Source: Fidelibacterota bacterium
GTDB lineage: Bacteria > Fidelibacterota > Marinisomatia > Marinisomatales > TCS56
Reading direction: 5' to 3'
Length of the DNA stretch: 10,438 nucleotides
Assembly: GCA_043822705.1 (NCBI GenBank)
Contig: JBDRBK010000048.1
Coordinates: 1-10,438, forward strand
Part shown: one piece after another, positions 1 to 7,287 of the stretch
Position numbering within the stretch: the first letter of the stretch is position 1
Layout: every line of letters begins with the position of its first letter
The notes under the pieces: generated by a model
Told to the model about the DNA's origin: nothing
What the model saw: only the letters and a program-made list of their open reading frames with translations
Database searches by the model: none
Program-made: the position numbers and the translations under genes

Positions 1-1020
1 GGCGCCAGCGAACCATTCATCAGGGAGGTTATAACTGTCCTGATAATACTTCTTGGCTTCTTCCACCGACTGACCACGACGCTGGGCCTGCCGCAGTTTG
101 CTGCGAACAAATAATTTGATCGCTTCCACGTTCTGCTGAATGGCGCCGGCCGGCGGGTAGCCCAGAATCAACTGGGCGTCTTCGCTGCCGTGAGCGTGAA
201 ACACGACCAGGTCCAGATCGTCAGCCTGTAGTTCGCGCAACAGAATCCCCTTCATATTGGCGGACATTTCATGGTAATAAAATCTGATTGAGCCATCGAA
301 ATTGAACAAGTGCGGGAATTGTTCCCGTAGCGCCAACTGGTCGCCGGCCCAGGCAGTCAGCGATTCCGAATTATAGCCGTGCCCGGCGTAGACCAAGGTG
401 TTATCCAGTCGATTGGCGCTGTTTTTCTGTTCGGCGACCCGCAACAGATAATCGGCGATCACCGCTGTTACGGGACGATCTCCGACCGGCGGATGGATTC
501 GGGCGCTGTAAATATCGCGTTTTACCGTTTGTGGCGATTGCGCATCCAATGAATAGTAGAACAATAGTGGTTGAGTGCTGTCCTGTTTGAGAAAGTTGAA
601 TTTCAGGTCGAAATCATCGTAGAAACGATCCGACGGCACCGATGTGTCGATCCACTCGAAACGATCCTGCCTCATCTTGAAAGCACTGGTCAGATGCTGA
701 GCGTCACGGAGCATCGGAATGGGAATATTCCCAATAAACACTACCCCTTCCAACAATGGTTTCTTCTGGTAGAGATCAAACAGGATTTGGCGGATCTGCT
801 CCGGTTTTTCCCACTGGTCGACAATCGTATATACCGACAATCCGTCATTCTCGATCGCCCCGGCATAGGCCGCGACCGCGGCTTTGGTCAGTTCATAAGT
901 CTCGCGATCGATTACGATGGCAAAAGCGGTCGCATGTTTCTGAACCGGCTGAATCACCAGCGGCTCTGCTACGCCGATTGACCATAAAAGAATAACAGTA
1001 AGTACAATATTTCGTGGCAT
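1..1020 (-). CDS. Partial (3' end outside window) exported protein with a gingipain/C25-like (clan CD) peptidase fold; resembles proteins I recall annotated as 'HEAT repeat domain-containing protein' in Bacteroidota
   Basis: Translated by hand; absent from the ORF track because there is no stop in the window. ATG at 1020 preceded by GAAGGT-aatc (SD); 340 uninterrupted codons: MPRNIVLTVILLWSIGVA|EPLVIQPVQKHATAFAIVIDRETY...LEGVVFIGNIPIPMLRDAQHLTSAFKM...SVPSDRFYDDFDLKF...DIYSARI...YAGHGYNSES...DLVVFHAHGSEDAQ...LPDEWFAGA. It has a signal peptide, and the motif order (VxFIG-x-IP, SDxxY, DIYxxRI, strand+HG) parallels the C25 catalytic domain. CDS existence is near certain; the product call is less so. 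Confidence 0.8.
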   Translation of the reverse strand, partial: MPRNIVLTVILLWSIGVAEPLVIQPVQKHATAFAIVIDRETYELTKAAVAAYAGAIENDGLSVYTIVDQWEKPEQIRQILFDLYQKKPLLEGVVFIGNIPIPMLRDAQHLTSAFKMRQDRFEWIDTSVPSDRFYDDFDLKFNFLKQDSTQPLLFYYSLDAQSPQTVKRDIYSARIHPPVGDRPVTAVIADYLLRVAEQKNSANRLDNTLVYAGHGYNSESLTAWAGDQLALREQFPHLFNFDGSIRFYYHEMSANMKGILLRELQADDLDLVVFHAHGSEDAQLILGYPPAGAIQQNVEAIKLFVRSKLRQAQRRGQSVEEAKKYYQDSYNLPDEWFAGA

Positions 1021-1023
1021 GAT

Positions 1024-1030
1024 TACCTTC
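1024..1030 (-). promoter_or_regulatory. Shine-Dalgarno site for the ORF starting at 1020
   Basis: Minus strand reads gcgGAAGGTaatcATG. Confidence 0.65.
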
Positions 1031-1133
1031 CGCGGTAAATTGTTACTGGCTGTTCGCACGGAATGATCGACTGGCTGTTTTTTGTCATTCCGCTACCGAA
1101 GCAACCAAAATTAATAATTATTTCGGAAAAATC

Positions 1134-1158
1134 CGTTGACAAACATTCATGTTCAACG
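1134..1158. promoter_or_regulatory. Imperfect inverted repeat in the intergenic region, possible operator
   Basis: CGTTG-aca-AACAT-tc-ATGTT-CAACG: 5+5 bp arms with a 3-nt bulge, next to an AT-rich tract (1107-1123), about 115-140 nt upstream of the ATG at 1020. Confidence 0.3.
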
Positions 1159-1236
1159 CGCAGTAAACGTTGGCTGCACCGAATACAACCGATCATGGTA
1201 AACGCGCCTTAACACCTGAATACTTATCCGTGTATT

Positions 1237-1794
1237 CTATTCCGAAGGAATACGACTATGAAATTTCCGGGTTGCCGTTTTGCCAAAGCGCTCAACCATC
1301 ACTTTTTCCGTTTCAAACAGTCGGATGATCAGTCGATCGCCGGCATGGAGATAGCCTTTACGGAGACTGATCAGTATAAAGCCATCACCTAATCGGGTGT
1401 GTTTGGTGACTGCGACCGATTTACTTATAAATCTCAGACCGTCTTTTTCAAGGCGGAAGACGGTAGTATTGTTGACCCGGTTGTGCAATTCATCTACGCT
1501 ACTTTGGTCCAGATGTGCTACGTCAACTATCCGGCCGCCGGCACGATTGCCAACTTCGCGCAAAGTCAGGGTGGCTTCATCATATTCCAGGTCACGCCAC
1601 AGAACCGCGGTCGGAACCAGGAACATTTCTTTCCCATCGATTAATACTGGCTTTTCAACGGTGTAAACGTCAAGTTGTCTGATGAACTTGTCAATATCGC
1701 TGCGAAAAATAATCGGGTAAAGAATTAACCCGGCGATCAGTACCGTCACGGCGGCGGTCAGGACCAGTACAGTTTTGGCTTTTTTCCTGTTCAT
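1237..1794 (-). CDS. Hypothetical membrane-anchored protein (185 aa) with a single N-terminal TM helix and an extracytoplasmic domain
   Basis: Basic N-terminus MNRKKAK followed by a long hydrophobic stretch (TVLVLTAAVTVLIAGLILYPIIF). Starts 28 nt after the beta-barrel stop on the same strand. No family confidently recognised. Confidence 0.75.
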   Translation of the reverse strand: MNRKKAKTVLVLTAAVTVLIAGLILYPIIFRSDIDKFIRQLDVYTVEKPVLIDGKEMFLVPTAVLWRDLEYDEATLTLREVGNRAGGRIVDVAHLDQSSVDELHNRVNNTTVFRLEKDGLRFISKSVAVTKHTRLGDGFILISLRKGYLHAGDRLIIRLFETEKVMVERFGKTATRKFHSRIPSE

Positions 1795-1822
1795 TGCCGC
1801 AAGTTATTGCCGATAACCATAT

Positions 1823-3349
1823 TCAGCCGTCAAGTCTTTCGATAACCAGCGACAGCCGCAAAATCCGGCGGTCGACCGCGGTAAAATTGAAGGAGTCCAG
1901 ATAGTTGGGATCAATCAGTTGATAATTGCCGCTGAGAGTGAATTTCAACAGATTGACGGAATACCAACTGATTGCAATCTTTCCCATCCAGGCCGTGTAA
2001 TTATTATCCAGATACTCCTGTTCGGCAGTTGTAACCAGGGAATAATAGAAATCCTCGCGTTCCGTGATTACGGCTGAATCCCGGGTCTCTTTCCAGTACC
2101 TGCCACCCGCCAGGGACACCTGCAAGCGGTTGTACAACCGGATTTGTGCTCCCCAATCCAGCCCCCAGCCGACAGCGGGAAAATAATCCACGATACCGTT
2201 GTACCGATCGACACGCTTGCGTGACTGGGAATCAGCATAAATCCGGCCCGACACTTGACGGTCATTTACCGGGCGCCAGATCAGATCAAAACCGCCACTT
2301 ACAGACCGGATACGGCTATCATAGATTTTTATTTTCAAGTCCGGGTGATCGGCGGTCTGGGTGTCTTCTTCACCGGCGGAAAAGCAACCCAGCCGCCAGC
2401 GGCCACCTGATTCATAGTGCCCGGCCACATCATAAAAAATCCGCTTTCCATACCAGCGCCCCTGCTCTTCGGGGTAGGAACCGCCGTCCAGCAGATGCGC
2501 GGCCGCCGCTTCATACCCACCACGGCCCTCGAACACCGGTCCTATATCCCCGCCCAGCCTGGTATCTATTTCGACCGAATGGCCCGTTATTGTGGTCGAC
2601 CGCTCCTCGGATGTTTTACCGTGAAATATCAGGGGATTGTCCAAGCCGCGAATCTTAAAAAATATCGGCGTCAGAGCCTGGTCCAGACTATATTTAGAGG
2701 TTCGGTCCTGTTCCTGAAGATCAAAGTAAACAGCACTTATTCCGACCCGCAAACCAGCGGCCGGTTGAAATCCCAGGCCGCTGCCGGCGACCAAATCCCG
2801 GGTGTTAATCTTCGAGCGCGGAAAAACTGTTTTATAGCTTTCATCCACATTGTAATACAACCTGACTCCGCCATACAATAGCTGCGGCCACAATTCGAAC
2901 GAATAATCGGTTTGCCAGTGGATTCCATTCAAATTGAATCCGCCAACCGAGCTGTCAGCCAGCAGGAATGGAATCCCATTATACGGTTGACGGCCATGCA
3001 CCCACAGTTTATCGGAGATGTTCCGCCGGTGATAACTGAAGCTGCCTTCGAAAACCTGCCGTCCACCCAGTGCCTGCGTTCCACTGGCGGTCCAGGTCTG
3101 GTCGATGTCGGCGGCGGGCTCGAATGGCAGGTGATAATCGCCTTCCAGGCCCTGAACATCAATCTGGTAGCGCGTGGTCGGACCGTGATAGGCTAGGTAA
3201 TTCCAGGCCGGATTCCCCGGCTGGTAGACCGGCATACCAGTATAACGGGCTACCGCCGTCTCACCGGCCAGATAATTCTGTCCCGGCAGCGCTCTCGATA
3301 ATGCCAGAACGATTATTCCGATTCTGGTAAATTTTTGACAACCGATCAC
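1823..3349 (-). CDS. Outer-membrane beta-barrel protein, DUF6850-like (508 aa)
   Basis: GTG start overlaps the upstream TGA (GTGA at 3346-3349). Signal peptide ending ALPG|QNY. Many alternating aromatic/Gly amphipathic strands (FEGSFSYHRR, YGGVRLYYNV, LRVGISAVYF, WGLDWGAQIRL, FTLSGNYQL). NPA, PFLLADS and Y-x3-FPR-x3-N motifs, and the position after a DUF4876-like gene, fit DUF6850 as I recall it. Barrel call is strong; family call is moderate. Confidence 0.75.
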   Translation of the reverse strand: MIGCQKFTRIGIIVLALSRALPGQNYLAGETAVARYTGMPVYQPGNPAWNYLAYHGPTTRYQIDVQGLEGDYHLPFEPAADIDQTWTASGTQALGGRQVFEGSFSYHRRNISDKLWVHGRQPYNGIPFLLADSSVGGFNLNGIHWQTDYSFELWPQLLYGGVRLYYNVDESYKTVFPRSKINTRDLVAGSGLGFQPAAGLRVGISAVYFDLQEQDRTSKYSLDQALTPIFFKIRGLDNPLIFHGKTSEERSTTITGHSVEIDTRLGGDIGPVFEGRGGYEAAAAHLLDGGSYPEEQGRWYGKRIFYDVAGHYESGGRWRLGCFSAGEEDTQTADHPDLKIKIYDSRIRSVSGGFDLIWRPVNDRQVSGRIYADSQSRKRVDRYNGIVDYFPAVGWGLDWGAQIRLYNRLQVSLAGGRYWKETRDSAVITEREDFYYSLVTTAEQEYLDNNYTAWMGKIAISWYSVNLLKFTLSGNYQLIDPNYLDSFNFTAVDRRILRLSLVIERLDG

Positions 3350-4503
3350 TGTTCGAGCCCCGCCAGATATCCCGGTGTCGGCCGGTCTAGCAATTGAAAA
3401 TCGATGCTGCTGTTATTGTTGTCCATCAGCACGGCCCGGCCGTCCTTGAAATGGTCGATGTGACGTTCGACGGATCGGCTGCTGTACATCGAGAAGCCGC
3501 CGGTCAGTCCGGCATCGATGGTGGCGTCCAGATGCTTTTTATCCATCTCTGAGAGCGATTCGCGATATTCAATGGCATCGAGGATACCAGATTTGGGCAG
3601 CATGATCTGTTCTGAGTTATCATAGCCGTAGGCATAGGGATCGGCCACCCGCAGCAGGACGATTGCGTCATTCATGACCGAGTACAGAAAATCGTTGCCG
3701 TACTTATGGTGCAGCATGATCATGTCCGGTACTGCGGAATTATTCACATCTCCTTTAGCCCCGACGTAATATTCAAAATCGGCGCCGGAAAGATCGACCG
3801 AATTAGGATTGACTATAGGGATATAGTGGTTGATTGCATCCTGGGCCACGATAATCATCTCTCCCGGTCCCAGGGGATAATCCCGGCCGCTGCCGGGGAA
3901 CATATAAGCATGGACCGAGTGAATATACGCTTCGCTGACATAACCATAGGCGGCATCGGCGATAATCAGGCTGTCCAGATACAGCGTCGAATCGGTATTG
4001 TTGTAGATCTCGGTAAACTGGTCGTGGAAATAATAGGGTATTTTACCCGGTTTGGCACCGTTGTAATAGATCTCGCTGAAAACCAGTGTTCCCAGAGTAA
4101 CCGGTGTCAGGTACAGATCGATACCATAAGCCATACCGAATATATTCAGACCTTGTTGCTGGCCGTTCAGGACCCGTTCTGTCGGTGCACCAGTGACCAG
4201 GATTACCTCATCGGCAGTGAAGCGCTTGGTCGATGAAATATTGTAGACGTCCGGCAGGATATCGGCAAAAACGGCCCGGCCGTTCGAATCGGTTTCGGCC
4301 GAATAGGAGTTACCGTAGGATAAAGAATTGATGAACACCCGCGCTCCTGGTACCGTGGTCGTATCGAATAGCGTAGTGGAAAATATTGATGTGTCTATTG
4401 CCGTCACCGTCAGGTCCAATCGCATCGATTCGGGCGTTTCGACCACATCAGTGCAGTCCCACAGCAGTGCACAGGCCACGGATATCAGCAGTATTTTCTT
4501 CAT
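3346..4503 (-). CDS. DUF4876-like probable surface lipoprotein (385 aa): N-terminal carboxypeptidase-regulatory-like Ig domain plus lamin-tail-like/DUF4876 domain
   Basis: ATG overlaps the TBDR stop (ATGA 4500-4503). Short signal MKKILLISVACALLWDC. Ig-like segment AETDSNGRAVFADILPDVYNIS. Motifs LVFSEIYYNG, DQFTEIYNNTDSTLYLDSLII, FPGSGRDYPLGPGE, VAQDAINH, VDLSGADFE, DVNNSAVPDM and MDNNNSSIDF match my recollection of DUF4876 proteins. Confidence 0.85.
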   Translation of the reverse strand: MKKILLISVACALLWDCTDVVETPESMRLDLTVTAIDTSIFSTTLFDTTTVPGARVFINSLSYGNSYSAETDSNGRAVFADILPDVYNISSTKRFTADEVILVTGAPTERVLNGQQQGLNIFGMAYGIDLYLTPVTLGTLVFSEIYYNGAKPGKIPYYFHDQFTEIYNNTDSTLYLDSLIIADAAYGYVSEAYIHSVHAYMFPGSGRDYPLGPGEMIIVAQDAINHYIPIVNPNSVDLSGADFEYYVGAKGDVNNSAVPDMIMLHHKYGNDFLYSVMNDAIVLLRVADPYAYGYDNSEQIMLPKSGILDAIEYRESLSEMDKKHLDATIDAGLTGGFSMYSSRSVERHIDHFKDGRAVLMDNNNSSIDFQLLDRPTPGYLAGLEQ

Positions 4504-7223
4504 TCCTTGAATAATTGGTCCAGTTTACTGCTGAATTCGATCCCGAAATACAGATCCGGGTTAAGGCGGGAGTAGGAGGTCACACCCTCCGCCACGCGAA
4601 CCTTGGAATATAGGGGTCGATCGTTAAAAATATTGTTGACGAAGAATGATATTTCCGATCCCCGGAACAGCGCTTTACTGACCCGCAGATTGAAGACCCA
4701 GATATTCTGTTGGTTTTCCATCCGGTACCACCAGTCATCATAGATACGGGACAAATCAGCATAAACGGAATCGCCGCGTTCCTCCGAGTTGATGTGGACG
4801 ATCTCCCCCATTTCGGAAATATAGCCGGCGGCCAGGGAATCGCTTAGTCCGATATACTTATCATGTTCGAAAACCACCTGCTGCGCTTCCAATGTAACCC
4901 AGGCGCCCAACTCCTTGACGGTGAATTCCAGACGGTAATTCAACAGCAGATTTTCCACCCAGCGGGTCACGGGATTCCAGAAGGGCTTGACCGACTGCTG
5001 CAGGTTGGGATCGTAGCGGAAGGTAGTGGCATAATCGTAGGCGTTGCCCCAACTGTTGGTGAAATTATAGGCCGCTTCCAACCGCATCCGCAGTTTTACC
5101 GGCAGGAACGGCTTGGTCTGAAGCGATAATTCCACTCCGGACGAGCTCGTGGTCAGTGAGTTCTCCATAATCGAGTAGGTCGAGAAAACAGTATCAGTGA
5201 CAATCGTCCCGGTAGTGTCGGGCCAGGCAGGGTAATCATATTTATACTGGATTATCGGTTCAATGCCGGTAGCGGCAAAACCGCCGAAAGTCGTCGATGA
5301 ATAACCGGTCAGGGTCAAACCGACGTTTAGGATTTTCTGGTCGATGCTCAATTCGCGCTTAATTTGCTGATAACCCTTCAGGTCCGGGTTGCGCCGGGAA
5401 TAAACATATGTCGATACGACCACCAGACTGGTTGAATCGACACCGGTGTACAGGTTGATATCGTCGAGATCGTAATAAATATCGTTGGGGTACAGCATAC
5501 TCAGGGGCGGCGCTTTGGAGGTCACGCCATAGCCCATCCGGATTTGCGTATTCTTTGCGGCATAAACCAGCAGATTGAAGCGTGGATTTAGAAAAGCACC
5601 GTGGTCCGCCACGATGAAATTGCCGCCCGAAAACAGCCGCTCAGGTTGATAGGCCTCGTAGCGCAATCCCGCACTGAGAGTGAATTTCTTCCACAGTTTA
5701 CCATTCAGTTTATCTTCGCTGTAAATACTGACAATATCCAGGGCCGGCAGATCATCGTAGGGTCGCGGCCGGTCGCGCTGGATCGAACTGATGGTCGGTG
5801 GTGCCAGTGGATCAAAGATACGCCCAGGACCGTTGTTGGATTCCCGCCGCCAGGTAATTCCGGTGAAAAACGTCTGCTGCAGCCACTCCGGTCCGAACTC
5901 GCCGTTGTATTCGAGATTCAGATAGTTATTCCGGGCGGCTCCTTTGACCCACAGTTGGGAAATATAATTCTGGATGTACTTCCCTTCCTGGGTACCTGGC
6001 ACTAATAGATCGGTAACATAAGTATGGTCTACCGATACCAACTGTTTGCGATAGGAATTCTGATTATTGGAATTCAAGGAGTATACAAATTTTAATTTAT
6101 GACTGGGCGTCAGTAAAAAATCGCTGGTGTGCGTATAACGCAAAACATAGTCACGGTTATAGCGCACGGTCTGCGTAAGGTCATTGTCGCGTAGTCCCTG
6201 TTCGTCGATCGTCCTGGTATAGTACAACTTGTTGCTGGCGGTCAAACGATTGTTTAACAGGTAACTGGTCAATCCTAACTGACCGGCCAGCCGGGTGTAA
6301 CCGTAGTCCGGGATACGTACATCGCGAACACTGGAAGCGACGTTGAAATTGTAATTCAGCAGTGATTTCAGCAGACTGAAACCACCATTGAAATTCAGTT
6401 CCTGGTTCTGCAGGTTGTACTTGTACTTAAGACGATGGGGAATTTCTTTGGACTGAGTTTTGACCTCGACAATGCCGGCGGTGAGATCGCCATAGCGGGC
6501 CGACGGGATTCCGCGAATCACTTCCACTTCGGCGATATTATCGGCGGGAATCTGGCGCAGGTCGATTCCGGAATTTTCGGTGGTGCGCTGGATATCGGCG
6601 GTGTTGGCCTTGGTGTCGATCTGCATATTGGCGTTATTCGACAGTGGAACGCCGTCCAGTACTACCTGGGTACCCAAAAAGGCATTGCGTTCCATATCGC
6701 TGTCGGTGGTGCCGGTACGGACACTGAACTGCTTCATTTCCTGCAGACCGGGATTCTCAAAGCGCTGGCCGGGAACCAACCGCAGCACATCGCTGAGACT
6801 GGAGGCTTGGATATGTTCGATCTCGCCGGCCGAAATCCTGGTCTTGGTCTCGGCTTCCGACGGCAGCAGTTCCCGTTCGGCGTAGACAACGATTCCGCCA
6901 ATCTCGAAGTATTCCAGATCCAGCTTGAAGTTGCGGACGACGGTTCGGCCAAACCTGATCCCAATGGTGTCGGTGATTGTTTTGTAACCGATATATGTAA
7001 TCTGCAGGGTATACCTGCCTGGATCAGCGGCAATAATGAACGTACCGTCCCTATCGGTAGCGGCCCCAACCAGGATTTCCTTCAATACAACATTGGCATC
7101 CCGGAGCGGGTGTCCGTCATTATCCACGACCTGACCACGGAACAGGCCGGTGACCGGCTGAGCCGCCAGTGACAGCAGCGAACAGATCAGTACGGCACAA
7201 ATGTAGAATCGGGTGTTTGTCAT
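4500..7223 (-). CDS. TonB-dependent outer-membrane receptor with N-terminal carboxypeptidase-regulatory-like domain (907 aa from ATG 7223; alternative start 7247)
   Basis: Signal peptide MTNTRFYICAVLICSLLSLAA|Q. N-terminal domain GQVVDNDGHPLRDANVVLK...TDRDGTF...GRYTLQITYIGYKT. Plug motifs ASSLSDVLRLVPG, VVLDGVPLSNNAN, GIDLRQIPADNIAEVEVIRGIPSARYGDLTAGIVEVKT. Barrel motifs LSAGLRYE, LNPRFNL, SFFVNNIFN, LYFGIEFS. ATG 7223 is preferred because 7247 lies inside the hairpin. Confidence 0.95.
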   Translation of the reverse strand: MTNTRFYICAVLICSLLSLAAQPVTGLFRGQVVDNDGHPLRDANVVLKEILVGAATDRDGTFIIAADPGRYTLQITYIGYKTITDTIGIRFGRTVVRNFKLDLEYFEIGGIVVYAERELLPSEAETKTRISAGEIEHIQASSLSDVLRLVPGQRFENPGLQEMKQFSVRTGTTDSDMERNAFLGTQVVLDGVPLSNNANMQIDTKANTADIQRTTENSGIDLRQIPADNIAEVEVIRGIPSARYGDLTAGIVEVKTQSKEIPHRLKYKYNLQNQELNFNGGFSLLKSLLNYNFNVASSVRDVRIPDYGYTRLAGQLGLTSYLLNNRLTASNKLYYTRTIDEQGLRDNDLTQTVRYNRDYVLRYTHTSDFLLTPSHKLKFVYSLNSNNQNSYRKQLVSVDHTYVTDLLVPGTQEGKYIQNYISQLWVKGAARNNYLNLEYNGEFGPEWLQQTFFTGITWRRESNNGPGRIFDPLAPPTISSIQRDRPRPYDDLPALDIVSIYSEDKLNGKLWKKFTLSAGLRYEAYQPERLFSGGNFIVADHGAFLNPRFNLLVYAAKNTQIRMGYGVTSKAPPLSMLYPNDIYYDLDDINLYTGVDSTSLVVVSTYVYSRRNPDLKGYQQIKRELSIDQKILNVGLTLTGYSSTTFGGFAATGIEPIIQYKYDYPAWPDTTGTIVTDTVFSTYSIMENSLTTSSSGVELSLQTKPFLPVKLRMRLEAAYNFTNSWGNAYDYATTFRYDPNLQQSVKPFWNPVTRWVENLLLNYRLEFTVKELGAWVTLEAQQVVFEHDKYIGLSDSLAAGYISEMGEIVHINSEERGDSVYADLSRIYDDWWYRMENQQNIWVFNLRVSKALFRGSEISFFVNNIFNDRPLYSKVRVAEGVTSYSRLNPDLYFGIEFSSKLDQLFKE

Positions 7224-7233
7224 CGCTGTTGTT

Positions 7234-7265
7234 AAAAAGGGGGGCATCGAATGGATGCCCCCCTT
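7234..7265 (-). terminator. Intrinsic terminator-like hairpin between the 928-aa gene and the TBDR
   Basis: Minus strand AAGGGGGGCATC-cattc-GATGCCCCCCTT-TTT: perfect 12-bp inverted repeat (7237-7248 / 7254-7265), 5-nt loop, U5 tract at 7238-7234. Begins 22 nt after the stop codon at 7288. Confidence 0.85.
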
Positions 7266-7287
7266 CGATTTACAATTCCGCTGAGAA

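Noticed and set aside
571..995. Plus-strand ORFs 571-981 and 756-995
   Set aside because: Antisense shadows of the minus-strand ORF 1-1020, which has an SD, a signal peptide and family-like motifs.
1106..1143. Bacteroidota-type -7 element TAATTTTG (minus, 1113-1106) with TTTG at 1143-1140
   Set aside because: The spacer is 26 nt, not the usual 19-21; the region is AT-rich so a chance match is likely; the organism does not look like Bacteroidota.
1136..1170. Perfect TTGACA on the plus strand at 1136-1141 as an antisense promoter
   Set aside because: No -10-like hexamer at 16-18 nt spacing and no credible plus-strand gene.
1218..1252. Small hairpins GAATAC-N8-GTATTC and TATTCC-gaa-GGAATA around the stop of the 185-aa ORF
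   Set aside because: AT-rich 6-bp stems without a U-tract; too weak to call a terminator.
1030..1885. CCGCGGTAAA at 1030-1039 and 1876-1885 (partial echo at 10141)
   Set aside because: One copy is inside coding sequence and distances to start codons are inconsistent; compatible with chance.
6001..6120. Local AT-rich dip inside the TBDR (17-23 G+C per 60 nt)
   Set aside because: Short, frame intact, and largely explained by Asn/Lys/Tyr/Phe-rich sequence; not enough to claim recombination.
7224..7247. ORF-track start of the TBDR at 7247 (MPPFLTTA extension)
   Set aside because: The extension is translated hairpin and U-tract sequence, and ATG 7223 gives a normal-length signal peptide. Kept only as an alternative in the hairpin finding.
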